This document shows, piece by piece, positions 38,281 to 50,489 of a stretch of 64,000 nucleotides of DNA (the stretch's first letter is position 1; every line of letters begins with the position of its first letter). The stretch covers positions 104,100,001 to 104,164,000 of the forward strand of contig NW_024704742.1 of assembly GCF_018977255.1 (NCBI RefSeq), given 5' to 3'. Below the pieces are notes generated by a model. That model saw only the letters and a program-made list of their open reading frames with translations, searched no databases and was not told the origin of the DNA. The translations under genes and the position numbers were made by a program. This DNA comes from Callorhinchus milii. Taxonomy: Eukaryota.

Positions 38281-40616
38281 GCATTTACAATCCCTGAAAA
38301 GGATTGGTATTTCCCAATCTGTCCTATTAGAATCTAAGCGAAGCATGTATTGGAAGGCGAGGAATACTGATTTTTTAAAAATGTTATACCATATTGAGAA
38401 TAAAAAATGTTCTTCTAAAATGTTATGGTGTAGTTTTGTAAACTGTAGAAATAACAGATCACATCATAGACGATTGCCTCAAGTCACCTGTGCAGCACAC
38501 ATGGTTGTTTACGTAAACTTCACAAAAATGTTACTCGGTTAATGTGGATTAATATACAATGAATGTAAAAAGATATCCAGTAGAGTAAATTAGTCTCTCC
38601 ATCTTTCTCCCTCCTCCAGCCCTCCCCCAGGAAGCGTTCACACCTTATTGGCAAAATGGTCCCCCTGGCCACTGCATTTCATCCGTATCATATACATCTC
38701 ATCATTACACTAAATAATTGAAAAACTTTAAAAAGCTACATACTCAAAAAGTGACAGCTAAATTACAGCCTTAAATGTGTAATTTAACCATACATAAATC
38801 CATCAAGCTTTTCTTTTACATTATATACCCTATTAAGTACTAGAAATACAACCTTGTAAACCAAAACACATAATGGCCACCAACATCTACAGGGATTGTA
38901 AATTCTCTTCAGACACAGACATTCAGTTCCCTGTCTTGATACTTCCCAATCTATCCGATCTAGAATCTAAGGAAAACATGTATTGGAAGGTGAAGAAAAC
39001 TGAATGGAACTTGTCATAAAACCTTGAGTCTACAAATTACAACTTGTTCCACATAAGCTGTAGTGACCTATCATCCCAACCCTTGCCTGGCTCCACTGGT
39101 TCCCGTCCCCCGGAGGATAGATGGGAGCCTCAATATCCTCATCCTCGCCTTCAAGGCCCTCCACAGCCTTGCTCTTTCCTACCTTTGTAATCTGCTAACC
39201 CCATACCAACCTGCCGCTCCCTCTGCTCAGCAGGCTCCGGTCTGCTCCACGTCCCCACGTTGTTGTTTGGGTTGCTGGAATAAAATTTAGTACAGTCCAA
39301 AACAAAAACCATACAGGCTGATGCACTTGATAAGGAGATGTATTCTATGCCAAAAAACACCCTCTAAGATAGGCCAGCAGTCTATTTTATTATAGCTGAA
39401 GAAACACCCCCAAACCTGCTCGTGTTTACAGCAGACCTCCAAGTTTATCCTACAAGAGTAAAAGCCGCTCATTAACATTTTGCATCAGTTCAAAAATGTC
39501 CACACTGTACATTAGCATTAAAGCTTCAGAGTCTCACTTGTGCAAAACTCTCCCAAACAATGCCATCTTCCTGTAACACTGCCCTCTGTGCAGAACACTT
39601 AAACAGGAGTTAAGCTCTCACTTCTGAACCAAGGTTGCTGAAGTTGTAATCACATGGAAAATTGGTTACCTATTAGACCTCACAAAAGCTCTCCATCCTT
39701 TATTACCCTAATCACTGGCATAAATTTCTGGAGACATCTGCCTTAAAACTTTGGCTGTTATGCCATTTGATATTTAAACACAAAAATCTCTACACCACCA
39801 CTCACATTATTTAACATCTATTTTCCATTTTAAAAAAAATAAAAATCGTAAACGTAGTGTTTCATGACTGGCCAACTTACAAACGAGTTTGCTGTGTTCT
39901 TTTAACCCCGGTTAAAAGTGTTGCACTTCAACCATTTTCACTGCCTTCAACATACTGAATTTGCTCTTTCAACGTGTTTGCAAGGGAGTATCAAAAGAAG
40001 ATAACATTGGGTTACAAATTAACCTGATCGACAAACTTACACCTCCTCATTAAATACCAGTTGAAAGGCGTACGTAAAAAAAAGCATAAGGAGGGAAGAG
40101 AAAGCTATCTTTTAAAAAAAAAACAAGTAGTGTGTGTGTGTGGTGGTGGGGAGGGGGTGGGAGTGATTGAATTTTCACAGCACAAGTATGCAGGGGGTAT
40201 CTTTGTCATCTGAATTACAAAAAGAGGGGAGGGGGGGGGGGAAGAAATGCGGGGTATTAAGGGGATTGAACGGGATCCAGTTGGATTTAAACGGCGACAA
40301 AAAAAAAAGCCATGAATCTGAATGAAATGCAAGTTTATCCGCCCTTTCCTTACCTGAAACTCCAGGGGCTGAGTCTGGTACACTTCAGCTATGTGTATTG
40401 CTGTGTATGTGGGGTGGCGGGGAGGGGGTGTGGGGAGGTTTGCTGCGGCTCCCGGTGCCTGATCGCCCCATTCCTCATTCCCTGGTCCTCAGATTCAGCT
40501 CCTCGCCCTCCCTCCCTCCCTCCTCCCCCCTGACCCGAGGGTGGTCCTCCCCGCACCGCACCGCACCGCACACCACACAGCCAGCAGCCGGCAAAGAGGA
40601 GCGGAGCCGCACTCAC

Positions 40617-40830
40617 CCAGCAACAGGCAGCGTGGAGCCCGGGCACACCCCGAGGCCGCCGCGCTCACACTCCAACCCGCTCACAAGCCCCTCGGGGAGC
40701 GGCTCCCATGCCCAGACGGTCAGCGGGACCCGGTGTCGGCCGTCCTCCTTCTCCTGCCCAACTGCTCTCTCCTTTCTTTCTCTCTCGCTCTCTCACAAAC
40801 TGCCATCCCCCGCCATGTTGCTTTGAACCC
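40617..40830 (-). other. Probable non-coding first exon (5' UTR); TSS approximate
   Basis: Minus-strand donor TGG|GTGAGT (GT at 40616-40615) inside the CpG island. All three ATGs (40816, 40806, 40709) reach stops before the donor. Confidence 0.65.
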
Positions 40831-40842
40831 TTCGCTCCGCCG

Positions 40843-40859
40843 GGCCGCCAGGGGGCGCG
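40843..40859 (+). promoter_or_regulatory. CTCF-binding motif
   Basis: GGCCGCCAGGGGGCGCG is a near-consensus CTCF core (CCRCYAGGGGGCGC). Confidence 0.65.
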
Positions 40860-41014
40860 CGCGCCGCGCCTGCGCCAGAGAGCCGGACAGCACCCGGAAC
40901 CCTGGGACACGAGCGTCACCGCGCGGCTCCTCCCCCCCCCCCCCTCCCTCGCGCGACCTCTCTCTCTCGCTCTCGCGCATCCCAACTGCCGACTGTGCGG
41001 CGGCACGTGGTCCA

Positions 41015-44000
41015 CATACTGACACCACACACACACTGAGCAACAACACACACTGAGCTCTCACACACCAACACCACACACACACACTGAGCTCTCACAC
41101 ACCCACACCACACACTGAGCTCTCACACACCAACACCACACACTGAGCTCTCACACACCAACACCACACACTGAGCTCTCACACACCAACACCACACACA
41201 CTGAGCTCTCACACACCAACACCACACACTGAGCTCTCACACACCAACACCACACACACTGAGCTCTCACACACCAACACCACACACACTGAGCTCTCAC
41301 ACACCAACACACACACACACTGAGCTCTCACACACCAACACACACACACACTGAGCTCTCACACACCAACACCACACACTGAGCTCTCACACACCAACAC
41401 ACACACACTGAGCTCTCACACACCAACACCACACACACTGAGCTCTCACACACCAACACACACACTGAGCTCTCACACACAACACCACACACTGAGCTCT
41501 CACACACCAACACCACACACACAGCTCTCACACACCAACACCACACACTGAGCTCTCACACACCAACACCACACACACACTGAGCTCTCACACACCAACA
41601 CACACACACACTGAGCTCTCACACACCAACACACACACACACTGAGCTCTCACACACCAACACCACACACTGAGCTCTCACACACCAACACCACACACTG
41701 AGCTCTCACACACCAACACCACACACACACTGAGCTCTCACACACCAACACCACACACACACTGAGCTCTCACACACCAACACCACACACTGAGCTCTCA
41801 CACCAACACCACACACTGAGCTCTCACACACCAACACACACACACTGAGCTCTCACACACCAACACCACACACTGAGCTCTCACACACCAACACCACACA
41901 CTGAGCTCTCACACACCAACACCACACACTGAGCTCTCACACACCAACACCACCACACACACTGAGCTCTCACACACCAACACCACACACTGAGCTCTCA
42001 CACACCAACACCACACACACTGAGCTCTCACACACCAACACCACACACACACTGAGCTCTCACACACCAACACCACACACACTGAGCTCTCACACACCAA
42101 CACCACACACACTGAGCTCTCACACACCAACACCACACACTGAGCTCTCACACACCAACACCACACACACACTGAGCTCTCACACACCAACACCACACAC
42201 ACACTGAGCTCTCACACACCAACACCACACACTGAGCTCTCACACACCCCACACACCACACCAACACACACACTGAGCTCTCACACACCAACACCACACA
42301 CTGAGCTCTCACACACCAACACACACACACACTGAGCTCTCACACACCAACACCACACACTGAGCTCTCACACACCAACACCACACACACACTGAGCTCT
42401 CACACACCAACACCACACACTGAGCTCTCACACACCAACACCACACACACTGAGCTCTCACACACCAACACACACACACACTGAGCTCTCACACACCAAC
42501 ACCACACACTGAGCTCTCACACACCAACACCACACACACTGAGCTCTCACACACCAACACCACACACACACTGAGCTCTCACACCAACACCACACACACA
42601 CACTGAGCTCTCACACACCAACACCACACACTGAGCTCTCACACCAACACCACACACACACACTGAGCTCTCACACACCAACACACACACACACTGAGCT
42701 CTCACACACCAACACCACACACTGAGCTCTCACACACCAACACCACACACACACACTGAGCTCTCACACACCAACACCACACACTGAGCTCTCACACACC
42801 AACACCACACACACACTGAGCTCTCACACACCAACACCACACACTGAGCTCTCACACACCAACACCACACACACACTGAGCTCTCACACACCAACACCAC
42901 ACACTGAGCTCTCACACACCAACACCACACACACACTGAGCTCTCACACACCAACACACACACACACTGAGCTCTCACACACCAACACCACACACTGAGC
43001 TCTCACACACCAACACCACACACTGAGCTCTCACACACCAACACACACACACACTGAGCTCTCACACACCAACACCACACACACACACTGAGCTCTCACA
43101 CACCAACACCACACACACACTGAGCTCTCACACACCAACACCACACACACACACTGAGCTCTCACACACCAACACCACACACTGAGCTCTCACACACCAA
43201 CACCACACACTGAGCTCTCACACACCAACACCACACACTGAGCTCTCACACACCAACACCACACACACTGAGCTCTCACACACCAACACCACACACACTG
43301 AGCTCACACACCAACACACCACTGAGCTCTCACACACCAACACACTACACACACTGAGCTCTCACACATCCAACACACCACACACTGAGCTCTCACACAC
43401 CAAACAACCACACCACACACTGAGCTCTCACACACCAACACCACACAACACTGAGCTCTCACACACCAACACCACACACACTGAGCTCTCACACACCAAC
43501 ACCACACACACACTGAGCTCTCACACACCAACACACACTCACACTGAGCTCTCACACACCAACACCACACACTGAGCTCTCACACACCAACACCACACAC
43601 TGAGCAACAACACACACTGAGCTCTCACACATCAACACCACACACTGAGCAACAACACACACTGAGCTCTCACACACCAACACCACACACTGAGCTCTCA
43701 CACACCAACACCACACACTGAGCTCTCACACACCAACACCACACACACACTGAGCAACAACACACACTGAGCTCTCACACACCAACACCACACACACACT
43801 GAGCTCTCACACACCAACACACACACACTGAGCTCTCACACACCAACACACACACACACTGAGCTCTCACACACCAACACCACACACACTGAGCTCTCAC
43901 ACACCAACACCACACACACTGAGCTCTCACACACCAACACACACACACTGAGCTCTCACACACCAACACACACACACACTGAGCTCTCACACACCAACAC

Positions 44001-45480
44001 CACACACACTGAGCACCAACACACACTGAGCTCTCACACACCAACACCACACACACACTGAGCTCCCACACACCAACACCACACACACTGAGCTCTCACA
44101 CACCAACACCACACACACTGAGCTCTCACACACCAACACCACACACACTGAGCTCTCACACACCAACACCACACACTGAGCTCTCACACACCAACACCAC
44201 ACACACACTGAGCTCTCACACACCAACACCACACACTGAGCTCTCACACACCAACACCACACACACACTGAGCTCTCACACACCAACACACACACACTGA
44301 GCTCTCACACACCAACACCACACACACTGAGCTCTCACACACCAACACCCCACACACACACTGAGCTCTCACACACCAACACCACACACTGAGCTCCCAC
44401 CACACACCAACACCACACACACACACACTGAGCTCTCACACACCAACACCACACACTGAGCTCTCACACACCAACACACACACACACTGAGCTCTCACAC
44501 ACCAACACCAGACACACTGAGCTCTCACACACCAACACACACACTGAGCTCCCACACACCAACACCACACACACTGAGCTCTCACACACCAACACCACAC
44601 ACACTGAGCTCTCACACACCAACACCACACACTGAGCTCTCACACACCAACACCACACACACTGAGCTCTCACACACCAACACCACACACACTGAGCTCC
44701 CACACACCAACACCACACACACTGAGCTCTCACACACCAACACCACACACACTGAGCTCTCACACACCAACACCACACACACACTGAGCTCTCACACACC
44801 AACACCACACACTGAGCTCTCACACACCAACACACACACACACTGAGCTCCCACACACCAACACTACACACACTGAGCTCTCACACACCAACACACACAC
44901 ACTGAGCTCCCACACACCAACACCACACACACACTGAGCTCTCACACACCCACACCACACACTGAGCTCTCACACACCAACACACACACACTGAGCTCCC
45001 ACACACCAACACCACACACACTGAGCTCTCACACACCAACACCACACACTGAGCTCTCACACACCAACACCACACACTGAGCTCTCACACACCAACACCA
45101 CACACACTGAGCTCCCACACACCAACACCACACACACACTGAGCTCCCACACACAAACACTACACACACACTGAGCTCTCACACACCAACACCACACACA
45201 CACTGAGCTCCCACACACCAACACTACACACACTGAGCTCTCACACACCAACACCACACACACACTGAGCTCTCACACACCAACACCACACACTGAGCTC
45301 CCACACACCAACACACACACACACACTGAGCTCTCACACACCAACACACACACACTGAGCTCTCACACACCAACACCACACACACACTGAGCTCTCACAC
45401 ACCAACACCACACACACACTGAGCTCCCACACACCAACACCACACACACACTGAGCTCCCACACACAAACACTACACACA
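41015..45480. repeat. Minisatellite, unit CTGAGCTCTCACACACCAACACCA(CA)n, about 27-35 bp, roughly 150 copies
   Basis: Directly visible tandem array with variable (CA)n spacer. Copy number is estimated from length divided by unit size. Confidence 0.98.
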
Positions 45481-45484
45481 AGAG

Positions 45485-46780
45485 AACAACAAATTGCATT
45501 TGTATAGCAGCATTCAAGTTGGGAGGATGTTCCAAGGAGCTGGATAGTCGAATTTTGGACCCAAGCTGGTTGTCTGGATATGGGAGTGTGGCGGCCGGGA
45601 GGATGCAGGGTGATCAAAAGTACGGTCAAAGAGGAAGGTCTTGAAGGAGGCAAGTGAGGGGCAAGGCGGAGGGATTGCGGGATGGGGTTCCTGAGTGTAG
45701 GGTAGAGTAACAGAAGGCCCACCCGCCAGTATTGGTGCGAACGAGGCGGGGGACGTGAAGGAGGCCGGAGCTCATTGAGCAGAGGGAGTGAACAGGACAG
45801 TAGGGCGTTAGGAGGTTGCTGAGTTAGGGGGGAGCAAGACCATGGAGGGCTTTGAAGGTGAGGAGTAGGATCTTGAACAGTATTCTCTGTGTGACGGGAA
45901 GCCAGTGGAGTCAGGCATGGATGGGTGTGATAGGGTCAAGGAGCCTGGTGCCAGAGAGGACACAGGCTGCAGAGTTTTGGGTGATCTGCAGGCTCTGGAG
46001 AGAGGAGTTGGGGTGGCCAACAAGCAAGGAGTTTGCATAGTCAAGCCTTGATGTAATGAATTTGTGTATGAGAATTTTGGCAACCTTCGGTGTGAGACAA
46101 TGTCGGAGCCGGGCAATGTTGGGGAGGTGGGGGAAGGCAGAGTGGGTCATGGCACGGATGTGGAGTAGAAAGGATAGTTGAAGGTCAAACAAGACCCCAC
46201 GGTTCTGGACTGGCTTAGTAAGGTGGAGTGTGCAACCATGGATGGTGAAGCTGTCAGCGCCTGAGGGTGGAGGTGCTGACGGGAGCCAATCGGTCTTGTT
46301 GACGTTCAACTGAAGAAAGTGAGCTCTCATCCAGGACTTGATGTCTGACAGACATTCTGTCAGGACAGCAGTGGTCCTGGAGTCAGGGGTAGAGGCAGAG
46401 GGATAGAGTTGGGTGTCATCCGCATACATGTGAAAGTTGACCCCATGTCTGCGGATGATGTCACCAAGAGGAAGCAAATAGATATTGAAGAGGAGCGGAC
46501 CACGGACAGAGCCCTGAGGAACGCCGCATGAGATGGTACAGGGGCTAGAGGAGAAGCCGTTTGTGGAGATGAAATAGAGGCGGTATGAGAGGTACGATCT
46601 GAACCAGTCATGGACAGAGCCATGATGGTGAAGGTGAAAGGAGAGGCGGTGGATGAGCATAGAGTGGTCGACGGTGTCGAAGGCAGCAGAGAGGTGAAGG
46701 AGGATGAGGAAGCAGAGGGAGCCCTGGTCGCAGATGGACAGAATGTCATTTGTCACTTTGACCAGGGCTGTTTCTGAGCT
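45485..46780 (-). mobile_element. L2-clade LINE, 5'-truncated, RT pseudogene fragment
   Basis: ORF 45911-46837 has ETALVKVTND, LSAAFDTVDH, GVPQGSVRGP, HMYADDTQLY, LQLNVNKT and SRLDYANSLL. The 3' tail ends ACAAATGCAATTTGTTGTT. Confidence 0.95.
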
Positions 46781-46819
46781 CTGATACAATACATACACAC
46801 ACACACACACAGAGTCTGC

Positions 46820-46992
46820 TACACTGACATTACACACACTGAGCTCTCATACACTGACATTACACACACACTGAGCTCTCATATACTGACATTACACACA
46901 CACTGAGCTTTCATACACTGACATTACACACACACTGAGCTTTCATACATTGACATAACACGCACACTGAGCTCTCATACACTGACATTACA
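46820..46992. repeat. Related 32-bp tandem repeat TACACTGACATTACACACACACTGAGCTCTCA, about 5.5 copies
   Basis: Directly visible; shares the CACACTGAGCTCTCA core with the large array. Confidence 0.95.
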
Positions 46993-47689
46993 AAAAATTC
47001 TAATATTTCCAAATCATTAGAAGACATATTACGATATTGCATGTTTCTGATGTTGCATATGAAAAGCTGCAGAATTACAAGATATAGTATATTGTTTAAT
47101 GATTTTAATGGAATTTCAGGAAGGTATTAGTGTCCCTACTTCAATATACAGCATAAACACCTCATACAGTAAACATTTTAGTACACACTTGATTGACATT
47201 TATAAGACATCCTTTGCAAAGCTATAATTTCTTAGCACTTTTGTAAAATGTAATGCAACAAACTCATCTTCTTAACATGCCTTAGCTAATCTCTCTGAGA
47301 GGGTTAAGTTGTTTCTGTAATCGATTTGTTGATTGAAAACCATCAACATTTTGATTCAACAAACATTTTCTGTCATGTGGGGTGATGGAAGAAAATATAG
47401 TAATTTAAATCTTCATGAGTTAAAGGGAAATGTCACCAGTAACCAGGAATCCTGTAATGGGAAAAGTCTAAGTGCTTGTTCAGATGGCTTTTCAAAGTCA
47501 GCTGAAGCTTTTCATTTTCTATAATTAGAAATGAAACTGGAATACAATATATTGTTTTTTGCCTATCAACTCTGTCAAGAAAATGCCTCATAAATTTGAC
47601 CTAGATCATTGGTTGCAGCACTGAAAAATGTCAAAAAATTGTACTGGTGTGCAGAGTTTTCATAGAACCATATAATGTTCCAGCGACCT

Positions 47690-47986
47690 TGGTTGCCTTC
47701 GTTCCTCCGGGTCTGGCCTCATCCTCGTCCCCCGAGTCCTCCACTCGACCCTCGGCGGCCGTGCCTTCAGCCACTATGCCCCGAGGTTCTGGAACTGCCT
47801 TCCTCACTCCTTTCACCTCGCTCCCTCCCTTCCCATTTTCAGGTCTCTGCTGAAGACCTTTCTTTTCAACCGCGCCTTTGGTCACCTTCCTCCCCCTCCC
47901 CTGGCTCGGCCCCGGGATCCGTTACTGTAAAGCGCTCTGAGACGCCGTCTGGAGTGGAAGGCGTTATATAAATCCAAGTTGTTGTT
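47690..47986 (+). mobile_element. L2 LINE 3' fragment
   Basis: GGRAFS...P..WN-type sequence; tail GGCGTTATATAAATCCAAGTTGTTG. Confidence 0.8.
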
Positions 47987-50489
47987 AAGTAATATTTTTT
48001 CTGCATTTAAATTTCTGTTTACAGATTGTCAGCTTCATTCAGTTGGCTAACCTTCCCGAAGGTGGGAAGGGTAAACAAAAAAATCTTGTTCAATGTCCCA
48101 AATCCTTTTGAGACGACCCTCATAAAGGGTTGAGATTCCTGGCAACAGGCAATGAAAAGAGTCTGTGTTTCTATCAGCTATTGTGACAGAATCTCAACCC
48201 TTTCACTTATCTCAGAGACGGAGAGAAAGAGAACATTGGAGGCAAGCTTCAAAAGGGGTTTGGAGCCATGCGTTAGAGCCAATAGAAACATTCCACATGT
48301 TAACATCCTCTGCAAAGAGTAAAGTGCTTATTGAATCTCACCCTTCTTAGTTTGAAACCATTACCCCTTGGTGAAACACTCTTCAATATGTTGAATAAGG
48401 TAATGGAGTCTAGTTTGTCTGTGCCCTCTGGGTTTCAGAAGACTTCAATAAGATCATTCCTCAAATGGTCTCTTCAATATAAAAATCCCCAGCTTCTTAT
48501 ATAGCAACTCAAATATCTACTCCTGTATCAATTTAGCTGTATATCTTCTGCACACTAGGATGCTACTACTGAATAAGGACCCCAGATCTGTGCCCAAGGT
48601 TAATGAGATACTCATTATTGCACAGATATCTACTTTAGACCGTTGAGGGACTATAAGCAATTTAGTAGAATATATTTCTATATTTGCAATAATACAATTT
48701 ACATTTATATCATGCCTTTTACATCGAGAGGATGTCTCAAAGTACTTGACAGGGCTATTTCTTCAGCAAGCATGAAAATTATTGCAGTGACAGCGTTTAT
48801 AGAAGGAAGCTCTGAAATGATTTGAGATCTGCAAATGTAAAGAAACTAATCATGTTATAAATATGATTTTACTTTGGTTACTAAGGTACATTTCTTTAGG
48901 TTCCCACCCCTGACCCTCTACTGGGATAGTCGGCTACTTGCCAATGGTCCACCCAATCCATGTTCAATGATTGGTTCATATGCACTTAGATGAATGTTAA
49001 TAAATGGGGAATTCAGGGCTAACTCACAAGTTTAACTTCCTGTTTAAAATCAGATTACAGGATTTTTGGTTTTATAATTCATCTAATTTTTACTGTAATT
49101 CCAGTGAATGATCCTCAAAAACATTTAGTTTTGTAACTTACATCATAGTTGGAAAATGTCATCCAATCAAATGAACTGTTAGTGGGACTTCTTGGCCTGG
49201 AGCAAACCTCAGCTGTTTGTGCATCAAAATATCTCAACAACATAAAAACAAAATGATTAATGGAAGTTTCTAAGAAATAAGATGGCAAAGATAAGTAACT
49301 CATCACATAGTAACTCAACACTTAGTTTCATCATTGCCCAGTTTTGCACCGCATTGGACACGTGATCATACATTTTCAGGAAAAAAATGGACCAATAAAA
49401 TATGAATGAGCACAGAGGAAAAGTCATTCAATTGAAAACTCATTAAAAAATAATGGCAAAATTCTAGTAAATTGTTTTTTAAAAAATCTCAGCACCTGCT
49501 GGCAGAAAATGAAATTACAATACTAGCTGAAAGAATAAAAACGTAAACTACAGTATAGTTTGCATAATGTTAAGTTGCCTATTGTTATAGGTGCCTGGTA
49601 TGTTTTGTATATGTGTGAGTTTGTATATTGTTATAGCCGTATAATGTTATAATTTGACTAATATTATGCAAATATGAGGTCCTGATTAACAAAATTTATT
49701 TAACACAGTTATGTTATTCCCAGGCTGTCGTGTTGCTAGAGCATTGCTCCAGTACTTGAAATCCAGAATGAAGAAACAGGCAGATGGTCCAATGGGCGTG
49801 TGGGAGGGTTGATAGAAGGCAAATGTTCCAATGAGAAGAGGCTGTTACGATACAGGTATTTTAGTGCTACATATTGCTAGATGGACACCCAAACTAATAC
49901 CTTATATAGTTAGGGTAAACAAGTTAATACTTCAATGAACTCTAACTAAAGCAAAATAAAACAAAGTTCTGACTGAAATAAAAAACAATAATCAGAATTA
50001 TATCCAATGGAACAAACTAGCAAATCAGTCAGAAGTCTATTGCTTTCTTATTCCACTGTGATTAAACATGAGAAACTGAGTAAGCCAGTGGTTTTATATC
50101 ACTGAATGATAAGTGACTATGGGTGAAAATTGCATTAATTAACATGTATGGTGTTAATTAAAACATGAATGAATTTCCTGACCTTTTGATAATTAACATA
50201 TTGACTATTTCCCAGATTTGCTGGAAGTGGACAGCCCCCGCCACCCCAACCCCACTCCAATCCTCCCCCACCCCACCACCACCACTATTCACTATTCAGT
50301 GACTGCACCAAGAAGCAAGCTTGTAGCTTTGTTCACTGTGTAACATTGCTGTGGTTCCCCCCACCCCGTGGTTACACGATCATCCACAAAACACATAGTT
50401 ACTGCTCTTTACAATATATCCTGTGAAGCACTTTGGGACGTCCTACTGATGTGAAAGGCGCTATATCAAATGTAAGAATTAAAGTATTC

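Larger units (their letters stand above)
40400..41012 (-). promoter_or_regulatory. CpG-island promoter of an unidentified minus-strand gene
   Basis: The only strongly GC/CpG-dense stretch in an AT-rich, CpG-depleted window. It contains CCGCCATGTTG (YY1-type, 40810-40820), GGCCGCCAGGGGGCGCG (CTCF-type, 40843-40859), GCGCCTGCGC (NRF1-like, 40866-40875) and CACGTG (41004-41009). Minus-strand splice donors lie downstream. Confidence 0.85.

Noticed and set aside
40398..41085. 121-171 aa ORFs over the CpG island
   Set aside because: GC-rich stop-codon scarcity; low-complexity Pro/Arg/Ser peptides with no recognisable domain.
40916..45722. Many Cys/Val-rich minus-strand ORFs, and a superficial CRISPR-like repeat/spacer look
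   Set aside because: These are translations of the minisatellite. The spacers are only (CA)n length variants, there are no cas genes, and the context is vertebrate.
47990..49860. Plus-strand acceptor/donor pairs suggesting a divergent transcript
   Set aside because: Splice-like motifs alone, with stops in all frames of the 49724-49855 candidate; not supportable without RNA data.
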